In this document: one piece after another, positions 13,700-27,400 of the stretch | Position numbering within the stretch: position 1 is the stretch's first letter | How the letters are laid out: every line of letters begins with the position of its first letter | Origin: Octopus sinensis | Taxonomy: Eukaryota | DNA: 64,000 nucleotides | NCBI RefSeq assembly: GCF_006345805.1 | Contig: NC_042997.1 | Coordinates: 51,336,001-51,400,000 of the forward strand | Reading direction: 5' to 3' | Made by a program: the position numbers and the translations under genes | Notes under the pieces: generated by a model | What the model saw: the letters and a program-made list of their open reading frames with translations, nothing else | What the model was told of the DNA's origin: nothing | Databases searched by the model: none

Positions 13700-15100
13700 C
13701 CAGATCGGGGAATGAGGATCCTGTCAAGAAGCTTTCTCCAGGTTGATGAATGCCAAATACAGTGGTTTGCTCTAGGTAGTTGCCTTACTAGTAAGTGGAC
13801 ATCAGTAACACTTCTCCCTGGCACACAACCAAACTGCATCTCATCAAAGCTAACACTCTTCCTAATTATTTGAGCTATAACTCTTTGTATAATTTTTATT
13901 AGCTGGTCCAGCAGTTGATTTCTCCCTTACCCTTGTATCAATTGACTATAATGCTGCTACACCAGCTATTTTGGTACAATATCTTTCTTAACAACCTGAT
14001 GAACTATATGAGTACCTAGGCTGTATTCTGCTCCACCATATATTTTAAACATTTCAGTGGTAATTCCTAATGGACCAGGAACTTTACCTCTCTTCATATC
14101 CTTAATTGCTTTATCTATTATATTGCTGTTGACTAGAATGGTTGGTCCTTCTGTCAGGCTCACATCAGGAAGACTCTCTCTCATGCATTCTCCACGTTTA
14201 GTTGCCTTTTGTAGTGGTATATCCATGCCTCTTTCTTTTCAGCTTCACAATGTGCATGTGTGTCATTATCCAACTATATACACAATATCTTATCCACAAT
14301 ATCTCAAGTTTCTCTAATACACTGTCTTGCACCCTGCAATAGAAAACCTCATGCACCTAATCCTTATGTTGCAGAGCTTTGGAAACCTCTTCCTTTCTGC
14401 TTCTTCCCTTGCTAGATATACCTGTCATTTAACTTCCCTTCTAGCTACCTGATATAATTCTCTGTTACCCACGTTGTTCCAGTCTTTCCAAGTCTATCTC
14501 TTCACTTTTATGACTCTGTCTACCTCATTATTCCACTGTCACATTGCCCTCAATCTGGCTGGAACTTTGTACCAACTCCAGATTTAGTCTGTAGCCTTCA
14601 ATAGAATTACTTTTAAGAACTCTCAATTCTCTTTTGTGCTATACATCTGTCTATCTCCTCTTTCTTTTAGTCAAATGCCCCTGCTAGTTCTCTGAATTTT
14701 TGACTGTTCAATGGATCTTTAAGTTTCCGCATCTTCCTTTTCCAAACTTGTTTGTGTCCCTTAGTCCTAGCCCTAAGTATGAAATCACTAGACACTTACC
14801 TATGTTTGATTGTATTCTTCACTGGGGAAGGACTTCACATTTACAAGCATCTGCCTATCGATGTTTTTGCTAAGAATGTCAATCTGGCTTGTGTGCTCAC
14901 CAGATCACTAGATGATCAGGTGGATGGGTGGTTTCCTGAAGTTAGTGTTGTAGATCATAAAGTCTCTTATATCACAGAACTTCAATAGCCTTGTATACCT
15001 CATCTCTAGAACCAAAGCCATAACTACACACCATGAAATCAATTGGAGTGCTATCTAACATGTCCATTGAAGTTACCAGCCATGATAGTAAGATCATTGT
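13700..15100 (-). mobile_element. Degenerate RTE LINE EN-linker-RT fragment
   Basis: EGPTILVNSNIIDKAIKDMKRGKVPGPLGITTEMFK and DEMQFGCVPGRS; boundaries approximate. Confidence 0.75.
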
Positions 15101-15137
15101 CATTCGTCATCAACGTAATCTATTATTTGTCATCAAA

Positions 15138-15173
<36 letters not shown>

Positions 15174-15617
15174 CAAAATTTCCTTTTTACAAAATCACAA
15201 CTTTTGAAATCTAACTAGGCTCCTTTTCCTGTTTATATTAGTTTCATTTTCAAGTTTCTCAAAAGCATATTTGTGCATTACTTTTTAAGGGTATACCAAG
15301 TCTTTCTCCTGAGAGTCTTGAAATATATCCTGCACTTCTGAAAATATTTCAATAACTGCATTTCTTGAGGCATTCCTTTTCTAGTTGCATAATGTTGTTC
15401 TCACTTTAATCATTCAGTTGATATATTTGTTTTTGTTGCTGGTCTTTGGCATAGCCTATCTCTTTTTATCTTTATCTTTTATTTAAAAAGTAATTCAGTG
15501 CCCTTGACCTTTTACAGGGCCTCTGAGACTGGTGAGAGAGAGTCATCCTCAAACCAGAGACTTGGCCTGAAAGTTTGCAACAGAGTGGATATCCAAGGTA
15601 CCACGTGATATTATTGA

Positions 15618-15830
15618 TCCTTTTAGTACCAACCCACCTGGGACCACCCCAAGTTCTATACTTACTGTTTTAGAGTGGTCTAAATTGTAGTCTTCCATCA
15701 AAAGTCTATGCTAAATTGTTTTAGACCTCAGCCTATTAATTAGAAAGTTATTTTTCTAAATTCTTCATTATTTTAAAAATTAGTTGAAACAAAGGCAGCC
15801 TTTGTTAACAGAAATATGGTAACAAAAGGG
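15618..15830. mobile_element. piggyBac-type MITE of another family
   Basis: TTGA|TCCTTTTAGTACC ... GGTAACAAAAGGG|TTGA. Confidence 0.6.
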
Positions 15831-17419
15831 TTGAACTAGGTGACAGATAAAGTCTTGAAATGCCATAGTGTCTGGTGGAAGGTAAGGAGGTGGGGTTATG
15901 GAGTATTAGATTGCATGATAGGTAGTCATAATAAGGCAATAGTTGAAACAGAGACAGTTTATACACTGACAGAAATTTGATTTGGAGTTGAGAAAGAGAG
16001 CTAGTGTTCTGAGTGTTTGAGTTACAGTTGCATGTAATAGAAGATACAAAATGATGAAGTAAGTTGAAGATTACAAAATATTGATTTTCTGCACTAGTGA
16101 GATCAGTATGGTATAAATATGTAAGTCAGAAAGAGTTGTGAGCATTCCAATCACTGATGACAGTCCTCGATGCAGGAAGAGATATAGCCGAAGAGTTGGT
16201 AGTTGAGGAATCAGGTGTATTTGGAGGACTGGAGAAAGAGACTATAAATGAGAATAACTGGCAGGCTTTGTTGCTGATAAGAGAAGTAAGTGACAGAAAG
16301 TATAGAATGTACATATGCAAACACTTTTTTTTAATGAAGTTTGATAAAGAATGTAGCTTGAACAGCAGAAACGAACTATAAATAAAGACTGACAGATTTG
16401 TGTCTTCAAGAGTAATAGGATGTGTGATTTGCATATTAGTAAAAAAAGATATATAAGGTCTGTGTTTGATTGGAGCCTCCAAATGTTAGAAAAGACGAAG
16501 AATAATTATCCAGCAGGTTCGTTTTAGCTTTTGGTATCTAAGGAAGTGTAAAGGGTGATGGTTTGTTATGATGCCTGTATGCTTGCAACAGAACAAACTC
16601 TGCTGAGGCACTCATGAGCCAAATCGTGGTGTTCTCTGCCATATACAACAGGACTATATTGACAAATGGTGCCCAACTCAATTAGAATGTGTACACAATT
16701 TACTATTTGGGTACAAACATATAGATTTGTTCTGTTACAATTCTTTATCATAGATACACACATATATATGCAGCATACTTGAATAAATATGCATACATCT
16801 GCAACCTCACAAACAACCAATGTGATCACAGAAACACTGCCTTTACTTATTAGACGGCACTGTTAATATACACTATCATGTTCCCAGATACTGGAGCAGT
16901 CACCTGATTTTGTTGAGGAGTTTTTTCTGCTGTTTTCCACTTTATGTATTAGTAATAAAAAAAACTATAATAATAAGTAAGAAAATAAAGAACAGCAGCA
17001 GAAGGATGAGTGCAAAAAGATTTCAAACTAGGTTTTAAAGTTAATAGTTGGAGAGAGAGAGAGCAGATAGTAACAGAAACAGATTATTTTCAGCAGAATC
17101 AATCAAGTAAAATAGAAAATAGGTACAATAGAAGTTTGAAAAATATTTTTTCCTAATATCTCAGTGATATCAGTAAACATCAGCCTTCCATTGGCATTTG
17201 TATCTTCTGTTAATAATTTTCCCTCCTTTTGCATGTAAATCCTATTTAATAGTTGAATAGTGATGCACCATGTTAATTGCAAAACACATTCCCAAAAGTA
17301 AAATACTTCTGATAAAGAAAAATTATTGTTGGACATCTAGTGTCTATATGTGTAAGTGTGTGTGTTATATACATATATAATGAACTGAACTGACATGTTC
17401 AGCTGATGCTGTTGTGGAA

Positions 17420-18090
17420 GTATGATAATCAGTGGATGCAGGATCAGTTGGCTAAAATTTGCAGCCATCATGCTACTTGGCACACCCAAAAGTGATCTCC
17501 AGCATGCACTGACTGGGTTCACTACTGAGTGCTACAAGGCAGGAATGAGAATTTGTGTTACAAAGACTGAGACAGGTCCTCCCAAGAAAGTTGACCTGGT
17601 GCAGTGTGCATGTTAGTGAAGCATCACTGTGACAACTGGAGAATTTTAAGTATCTCAGGGCCATATTCATGAGTGATGGAAGGAAGGAAGATGACTGGAT
17701 GCTAGAATTGAAGGTGTAGGAACAGTAATGTACCAGTGCCAGCATTTGATCTTCAAAAGAGGAAGGATTGGTAAACAAACAAAATTTGCTGTCTTCAGTT
17801 TGGCTTTCAATCCTTTCCGCATCTATAGTCATGAATGTTAGGTAATGGCTTAAAGAATATGATTGTGAATACAAGGGGCTGAATTGGGGTTCCTCTGAAG
17901 GGTCTCTGCAGTAAAATTGGTCAACAGAGTACGTAGCCTGGAAATCAGGGAGTTTCTCCAGGTTCAGCTGCTACTTCTCTGCATTGAGAGGTTACAGCTC
18001 CAATGCTATGGGCATGTGATTAGAATGTCTAACAAAAGAATTGCAAGAGGGATCCTTCAAGACAAAATAACCAGCAGGAAACCTAATGAT
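17420..18090 (+). mobile_element. Degenerate RTE-like LINE RT C-terminal fragment
   Basis: DLQHALTGFTTECYKAGMRICVTKTE, FKYL and VRSLEIREFLQVQLLLLCIERLQLQCYGHVIRM. Confidence 0.75.
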
Positions 18091-18560
18091 GATTACTTCT
18101 GATAGGACTCTATGGAACAGGTGTCTAAGGACTCTTCCTCCGTGACTCCTACGAATAGTGGGTAAAGAAGAAAGATATATATAATATATATGTATGTATA
18201 TATATATATATTTACATATTATATAATATGTAATATATATATAACTTATATCTATATATATATATATATATAATATATATATATATATACAATAATATAT
18301 CGAATGTGAGGATAAAATTCTTTTCGAAAAAAAATATTTTCTCGAAAAAAATTTTATCAATGGCCAGCATATTAAAAAATACCTTTAACGGTTAAATTTA
18401 TAAACAATTCATAAATGAAGGTGGTTTTTTTCTAATTTATATACATATATTATATTTTGTGAAATTTGATTTACTAATTTAGTATTTCTAAATTGAATTT
18501 TTCCCTGTAAGTTTGGAATAATATTCCCCAATATTATTATTATATATATATATTTATATA

Positions 18561-18755
18561 TGACGAGCTCCTTTCAGTTTCTGTCTATATATATATGGCA
18601 AGCTCCTTTCACTTTCTGTCTACCAAATCAACACACAAAGCTTTGATCAGCCTGAGGCTATAGTAGAAGATACTTGCCCAATGTGCCACACAGTGGAATT
18701 GAACCCAGAACCATGTGATTGGCAAGCAAGCTACTTAGCACACAGCCACTCCTGC
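18561..18755 (-). mobile_element. Same SINE family, 5' half
   Basis: Collinear with 13075-13236. Confidence 0.85.
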
Positions 18756-18980
18756 ATATATCTATAAGATCGCTAGCCACTACACATTCTTTATTTTCTA
18801 TCCCTGTTTCTTTCTGTGTTCCTTTCTGTGGAAGAGTGTAGGCTCGAAGCATTAAAAACTTTTTCACTTCCCGAGCGTTAAACTAATACATTAGTTTGTT
18901 GTCTAACCACCTGTCTTCATCTATTGTTGTTTTGGGAATTCTCCTCCTATATATATAGAGAAAGATAGATAGATATAGAT

Positions 18981-19021
<41 letters not shown>

Positions 19022-19081
19022 GTGTGTGGTGTGTGTGTGTGTGCAATATATATATGTGTAATATATATATATATGTATATG

Positions 19082-19120
<39 letters not shown>

Positions 19121-20488
19121 ACATATATGTGGTATATATATAATATGTATATAATATATATGGAGAGAGAGATTTATGTATTAATGTGTGTGTGTGTTGT
19201 TATTATCATCATCATTTTCATTTTACATCTACTTTCAGGACTGGTATGGTTTGGATGGGTCATTAGATTTTGATTTGGTTCTTATTTAGAGATGCTAACA
19301 CCCTTGGTGTGATTGTGGATCTTGCCTCACATATCAGTTTTCATTTTGGCATAATTTTTATGATTGCATGTTCTTCCTAATATTTTACAGAATATACAAG
19401 GTGCAATTTATCAGTGCACCAGCATTAGAGAGGCTGTCTTGTACATGAAAAGATTCAAGAGTCTTCTTGACCCTATGATGTCTCTTATCATTTTACAACC
19501 ACTTTGTAGATTGTGCTGATGGATATTTTATTGCAGAATCAGCTCTAGAGAGGTGTCGCATTCTCAGCCACACAAGGCTAAGGTTTTCTCAGCCCTGTGA
19601 TATCTCTAATCTTTTATTACAACTAGAAATAGTGTGCTGCATGCATTTTATCATGGCACCCATACTTGTGAGCTTGTTTTGCATTGGAATCTTTGTTATG
19701 CTTTGTTGTCACTGTTCAAGACATTGTGACTAGTATAGTGGGTTGAAGAAAAGGTTGTTGTGTTAGATGAATTTGGGTAAGAGAGAGAAGGAATAGAGTA
19801 TAATAGGTGAAACAATGTTGGTATGGAAATAGGTGGGAGATGGGAGAGAGAGTGCTAGAGAATTAATGAGAAGTAAAAAGCCAAGTTGTGATAAGAGAGA
19901 AAATTATGACACAGGGTAAATGGTCAACATATGTTTGAAGGTAAAAAAGAGAGTGATTGATGATTAGTTGTAGAAATGGCCAATGGTAAGAGAGTGTGAT
20001 GGATATTAGTAATGAGTGTTATAGGGGAGAAAGTAGTGGCTAGTTGCATAGAGGAGAGTGGTAATGTTAGTTTGTAAAAGAGAAAAGGAGTGATGGAAAA
20101 GGACAGATAAATGTCAATAGAAGAGTGACCTGAGAAAAAGCGAGTCATCGTAGGCAGCATAGGAAGTTAAACAGAGAGTGTATTGGATGCCAGTAAATTC
20201 AATACAGTTCCTTCTTACTCATATAGAGATATGCATACATTCATATATAATAATAATATAGTAGGATCAATCAATCATGGTAAAAACATCAAGCAAAAAA
20301 GTGGCTTGCATAGAAAACAAATAAATCAATAATTGATCCATAAAGTTTATTAATCAGTTCATCAAATGCATTTTGTCCCATATTGAGATTAGATAGAAAA
20401 TTCCAATAAGATGAGAGATGCTATACAAATCCAGTTTGAAAACATCGAATACTGCTTGTTATGCAATAATCAATTTTATAAATGATAA

Positions 20489-20761
20489 GAATGGAAGAAG
20501 TAGTCAAGCACTACAACTTTTTCAAAAGGATAACAGTGCAAATAATGTAACATTACAAATGTTTCATGGTTATCTGGTGTCCTTTCTTATTGGGTGCATA
20601 CGGCTATTCTCTTGGAAATTATTCACAGCAAGTGATTTCCAAAGGAATAGTTGTATGCACCCAATGAGAAAGGACACCAGATATCTACAAAACATGTTAC
20701 CTTATATGCACCCAGTACCCTTTTTTGAAAAAGTTGTTGTGCTTGACTATTTCTTCCATTC
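20489..20761. repeat. 273-bp fold-back palindrome
   Basis: gaatggaagaagtagtcaagcactacaactttttcaaaa pairs with ttttgaaaaagttgttgtgcttgactatttcttccattc. The inner 48-bp stem is atctggtgtcctttc...ggaaat / atttcc...gaaaggacaccagat. Confidence 0.88.
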
Positions 20762-22710
20762 CTTTCATTTACATGCGTGTGTGTGTGCATGTGTATGTGT
20801 ACATACATGTATGTGTATGCATGCATGTATACACATATATACACTTACACACACACATGCATACACATATTTTTGTACAACTTGCACTTTTTTTTTTATA
20901 GATTTTTTACCCTAATAATTATGGGTGTATATTATACATAAGAATTTTAATGCTGCCCATTTTCCCCATTGTAAGTGCATGATCATTTTCAGGATGGCCT
21001 AAGTTATATCTAATGTTGAAGCTAATTGAGATTTAGCGAAAGGTTTAAATCAGAATAATGTTACATTTTTTCCAAAATAAGGAATATACTTTGAATGTTC
21101 ATTACGTTTCATAAGTATGTCCATTAGTTTTTTTTCTTTCTTTTTACAAACACGTTAAAATGATTCTGACAAAATGGACAAAATATGTTTATTCTTTGTT
21201 TATATAATTCTGTGTTCTTCAATTACTGTATATAAGCTGCTAAAAAAACATATGCTTTTTTATTATTTTTTCCCTTATGGTTTCAATAACCTGCTATACT
21301 AGGTAAAAGCAATGTTCTACTTGTGACCATTAGTCAATATATTGTTCAAATGGACATAATTTATATAAAACATTTGGGTTCTTTTAAATTAAATGATTTT
21401 AATTTTATAATATTTTTTCTAATTAAAAAATATATTTGCCAGATTCTGAATATCTGATATTCTGAACAGTTAAATCTAAACACCGTTTATAAAAGAAAAA
21501 GCATACTAGAAAAGTTTGAAAAGTTGTAAAAAATCCTCACTAAAACATTTTTCTCCTGTGGCAACATTTGGTAAAATCAAGTATATCATAATAAAGTGAT
21601 TGATATTGTAGTGAAAAACCAAAACAAAACAATATATAATCAGGTGTTAGCTGCATCAATGCAGCCAACATTGGTCAAATTTGAGTTTAAGGGTCACTTT
21701 TTAGGAAGAAGTAAAGAAAATTACAATTCTTTATTTGGCAATTTTCAGAAGATAAATTTATAAAAGGTGATGTATGTCTGCTTGACAACATTAGTTAAGC
21801 AAGATCAAACAGCCAAATATATATTAGAAATAATAATGACATATAACATGATATCTCTGACATTCAAAACTTAGGAAAAACCAAAATATTTGTTTTCTGT
21901 GACAATATGTAATTGAAATTAATATGTAAATGATTTGAAATAGGTTATTACTATAACATTCTGCAGGTTTATATGTAAATTCTTCTAGACATTTGTTTTA
22001 TATAAATGGAAAAATATATATAAAACCTAGGGTTGTTCACTTTGGTCTGCAAGTGGGCAAAAGTCAGTGTTAATACAGCTGCACTGGAATTAATGAACAA
22101 AAAGGGGACAGTGTTGTGATGGTTTATGTAATTTATTTTGTTGACATTGAAAATTAATTTTAGAATATTACTAGTTCAGGAGTAATATCTATGACCAGTA
22201 GGGAAGTACCTCTGTACCAGATTGAGAAGATTCTTGCAAAATTAGTAGCAGCACATTAGGAGAAGTGATGGGGTTCAACCAGATGGTATTATGTTATGAT
22301 GCCATATTTGTTCCTGAGAAAATAGGTCTATTGTAATGCCGAAAACATTATCTACATTAATATTTGTGATGATAGATATTTTAAAACTATTTTGAATGAA
22401 CTGAATAAATTTTTCTAGATTTGTTTGATTGATTGTTATTCATATGATGCTAAATAAACAGGCCACCATGTCTGTAAGGCTGAATTTCCTCCTCGGGGAT
22501 GCTGATATATACACACACACACACACACGTATATAATCACACAGTCCTCATACCTCAGTCCCATATAACACACACACATAAATGCAGATACAGAGATATA
22601 GTACAAACATATATGTGTATATATATATATAAATGTAAATAGGTAGATATCTGTACATACACAAGTATATAATATGTAAATGAAGTACATATGTTTATTT
22701 GTGACATAGA

Positions 22711-22760
<50 letters not shown>

Positions 22761-22800
22761 TACATATATGTATGTATGTATGTACACGTGTGTGTGTATA

Positions 22801-22849
<49 letters not shown>

Positions 22850-24383
22850 TTGTATGTTTGTTTCCATTTGTATATATTTTTACATAAATATGTGTGTGCA
22901 TACAAATATATGTATACACAGATAGGTATATGGTATGTGTATAAATAGATAAATGAATATTCAATCTTTGTTGTGGAAGTTGAATATTTGTAATATAAAA
23001 TTGTGACATATCTGCATTATTCACTATTTCACATATCCAAAATTTTCACATATCCAAAATCAGTTGCTATCAATCTTGATGGTGAAGCTGCCACAATTTC
23101 TTTTTAAAAAAAGGCCCTGTCATTAGATGATGAGTAAAGATCATTCAAATTTGACAGTTCAGATAATGTGATGAAATCAATAGTTGGATGATTACTAATG
23201 TTGGAATGGGTGCTTAAATATTATCAAACAATTGCTGCATTGAATGGGAGGCAATTCTGGTATAAGAGATATATGTGTGGATAGATATTAACTTAAGTAA
23301 ACTTTTAGATATCATTTCAATAATTATATTTTTTTTTAAATAAACAGTCAATACAAATACAGGTATACATATTTGTGCATGTATGTACATGTACACACAC
23401 GCATACACACATGCATACACACGCACACACACACACACATTATTTGAAGCTGATCAATTACCTGTTATACTCCTAATTTCTTTTGTGCCATTGTTGCTGT
23501 TATTTGATAAAGTTAAAAAACTGGGAAAATCCCACAAAAAGAAGTTCAGAGCAATGCAAACACAACTAAATTTCATTTAGATTTTAAATCCTGTTGAGCA
23601 AATAATTTTCTTTCATTTTAAAATAAAGTAATATTTTATAAATTGAGAACACCTATTCTTTAACTTTAATTCTGTATCTATAGAATTTTTTAATAATCAT
23701 CATCATGACCACCATCAATATCAATAAATTACTTTTATTTTAGAGTGTATGTTGAGAGGTTTTATTTTCTGTTGTGAGTGTTTTAACTTTAGAAAAATTG
23801 TTTAGTATCAGTTTATGATTTTAATAAAATTAGCAATTATAAGATTTTTTTTATACTTCATGAAAAAAACCCATCCAATTAGTACTGACCTAAAAATCAA
23901 TATATTATTGTTTTCAGCAAGACCCTTATTCCTATTATAATTATTATTTTAGTATTTAAGAACTTCCTATGTCAATTGTTAAGTTTATTAGAATATATTA
24001 AATATCACCTTTCATATCTTATTCTAGAAAAAGCAAAATCAATTTTATTCTTTGTACTTTTCTTTTCCTTATATTATGAAATGCTTGTAATTGTTATTTT
24101 TATTTACAATGTAAACAATAATTAAACTTAATTAAAAATTCGTTTTTACAAACATTTTATACCATCATTTATTCAGTAGTATTATTATTATTTCCTCATG
24201 TAATTTTACATCACAACAATTTCATTAACCATAAATGTAAAACTATAAAAAAAACAACTATTTAAAAATAATCTAGTGTGAATGATGTATGTGAATATTA
24301 GTATAAATTAATGCCAAATGCCTTATAGTGACTATTATAATCAAGAGTAAATAAAACAAAAACTAACGAATAATTGATTACAG

Positions 24384-24407
24384 AAGTCAAGCAAAAAAGT
24401 CGAAAAT
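24384..24407 (+). CDS. Candidate 24-nt CADPS microexon (KSSKKVEN if phase 0)
   Basis: Sequence aACTAACgaataattgattacag|AAGTCAAGCAAAAAAGTCGAAAAT|GTAAGT has a consensus branch point, a CAG acceptor and a perfect donor. Length is 3n, all frames are open, and it lies in a repeat-poor stretch. The polypyrimidine tract is weak and there is no transcript evidence. Confidence 0.4.
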
Positions 24408-27400
24408 GTAAGTATTTTTTTTTTCCTTTGCCCAGCCTTAGTGATTGTGAACTGTCTTTTTTTTCTTGAAACAGTAAGAGTAGTCTTTAAGTAATTCCCC
24501 CAGCCTAACTGGTTAACTTCTCAGCCTTCTTTCTAAATAAAAGCTAAGCCCTTATTAAATCACAAGCTTGACTGGTGATACAATGTCTTTCAAGTTTGAT
24601 ATTGTTTTTTATTTCACAACACATTTGGTTAGAGTTTCTACATATGTTTGTATTAATAAGTTAGATTTTTAAATCAGTATGTTTATACTTAGTTTCTTCT
24701 ATACAAATTAGTAGTATTATCAATATAATATTATTTTAATGATTATCATGTGGCATACTCATAGTAACATTTCATATATATGTGTGTGTGTGTTTGTGTA
24801 TACACATGCACAAACACATACCCTCACATACATGCGCACACACACAACACACACACACATGCACACACACACATAAACACATGCACATACACACACATGT
24901 TCTCATGCATATATACATGGATGCATGGTTCTTTTAAAAGTATTTTTTCATAGTTTGTCAGTATTTATCTATTCTCTTAATTTCCTTTCTTCTTTGTCTG
25001 TTTCATGTATGTACACAGCACTTTGAAATATTTTCTAATGTAGCACTGTGTATGCATGATTTTTATTGACTCATCACAGTGTTGTTTAAAAATAATTAAC
25101 CATTAGTAGCATCAAATTTTTTGGAATGATATAAAATTAAATAGTATGACAGTTATCTATGTGTCTGTAGTTGTCTTTTGCTTTTTTTTTCTGTTTTCTT
25201 CATTTCTTTTTTCTCTTTATTCAGTTATCTCAAATAGTATAAGTTTATTTCTTTGAATTATGTTGATATTATGCCAAATATCAGAGATTGGGTCTAAAAA
25301 TAATAATGTGGACAATAATGTTATTTTCATTTATCCCTTTACATTACAAAAAAAAAAAAAAAAAAGAACAAGGAAATATTTTCTTGTTGCAATACTAAGA
25401 GTGCTTCTAATAAGGAATTGGTTTTTGCAAAACTGAATTCGAAAGCCCACCCATTTCTCTATTCAAGTTAGATTCCATATAGCCATCAGCAGCAATCTCT
25501 GAGTCATGGTTTTCTTCTCTTTTCTACTATAACAATCTTTCAAAACTTAAATTACAACCATCACTTGCAAGCTTGTATGACTTAGTATGCACTATGCTTT
25601 CACTACTTGTGTTAGGTACCTATGTAGTTGCAAGCAGACATAGGCACTCTCTTGGCCTTCCACTAGTGATCCAAATGAACATCCAGGATGTGACAGTTGG
25701 GGGGGCAAGAAGACTGAACCAGAATTGAGTAGGTTCATTCATGTCAGAGGATGAGAGACAATTTGGATCTTGGCAGGATTTGAATTTTGAGTGCTAAGAG
25801 TTAGAATGAATGTTGTAGTGCATTCTATTCAATGCTCTAAATTAATCTGCCAGTTGATCATCTTTTTTTATTAACTTGTTGACAAAGAAATTCAATATAT
25901 AAAACTAAATTTTCTGAACAATATCCCAATTTCTACCTAAAATTTGAGGCCTCTTTCATCATATATTTGTCCTTGAATTTCTTCTTTCTGAGACACAAAT
26001 CTGTCACACTCTATCACTAATTTTAAGCAACTAGCACATTGCTTCTGCTCCAATTTAAAACTAAAGAATGAGCTTCTTTTAAATTTACTTTATTTATCTC
26101 AACTGAATTTCAGCATAAATGTTCTCTGACTGCTCTGGTTGGACATTCTATTTTCTAACTTCTTAATTTTTTAAAGAATACTTATCCCACTTTTTTATTC
26201 AATAATTATCAGTATTTGATATTTTCCTAATGTATTGTGGACACCCATTATAATATTCCTATTCTCATTAAAGTATCACTCAAGCATGTAAGATATTGCA
26301 AGTAAGATATTAGCACAGACTTGATTTGTAAAATACCTTGTATCCACAAATGCATGCTTGCATGCGCTCACACACATAAACACTTTGAAGTACATATACA
26401 TACACATTTAAGTGCCATACACTAACAAAGAGGTACACGAACATACACCTGTGGCTGTATTTATAAAGAGCTGTTTGATTCAAAGGTAAGCACACACTTG
26501 CCAATATTTTCCAATTCTGACCCATTGTTATGTTGATTTCTACTATAATAACCTCTGTTTTCTGTTGTAATAAACCTATGTCATCTCCAGCTTAACGTAT
26601 ATCTTGTTCCACATCTCTTCTTATCATTCCTTATTCTCTTCTTGTCATTCCTACTTTCTCCCATCTCTCATATTCCATATTCAACACTGTTTGTGGTTCT
26701 TCCACTTCAAATCTATTTTCCTATGGAATTTCTAACCAACATTTGTTATCTTTTAACCAGCAATTTAACAACATTCCAGACATTATCAACATCTTTAGGT
26801 GAGATAAAAAGACCAAGTAGAAACAACTTATATATAATATTTATAGAACAGAATTTGCAAATTTCCACTTACTACAAATATTCTTTCTCTAATTTCTATA
26901 AATATTAAAAGCATATATATAGCTATAAAATTGTTTACTATTATGAGGTTTTAGTAAAATTTTAATACATTCATTTAAATTTTGTAAAGACTTTACTACT
27001 ATAATTTTGATGTATTTGTCATGTAAAAAAGTAATTACAATTAATTTAATGAAATTAAAATTGTTTATTATTATTAACTTCAATTAATATGTAACCCAAT
27101 TTTTGTGTAATCAACTTTTCATAAACATTTTACTTTTCATAAATGAAAGAAAATATTTATATAAATTTATATAAAAAATTTACATATACTCTTAGATATA
27201 CTACACTTTCTTACAGTCTCCTAATTTTTGTTATTCTTTGTCTACATATCTGTATAAATGCTAAAATATGACGCCTCATCTGTAGAACTATTTCTCTGCT
27301 CACTAGCTTTTATAGAACTATTTCTATACTCTTAAAAAATATTTAAAACAAATTCAATATTTTTTAATAGAAAGGAGGGAGGACAGTAACCATGATGCTT

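Noticed and set aside
16126-16482. ORF ending ...VISDWNAHNSF, reminiscent of an APE GDFNAH motif
   Set aside because: Only one degenerate motif, too weak to call.
18826-18856. Hammerhead-like ctgtggaa-GAGT-gtag-GCTC-gaag
   Set aside because: Core positions are mutated (CTGT, GAAG); at best a dead relic of a repeat.
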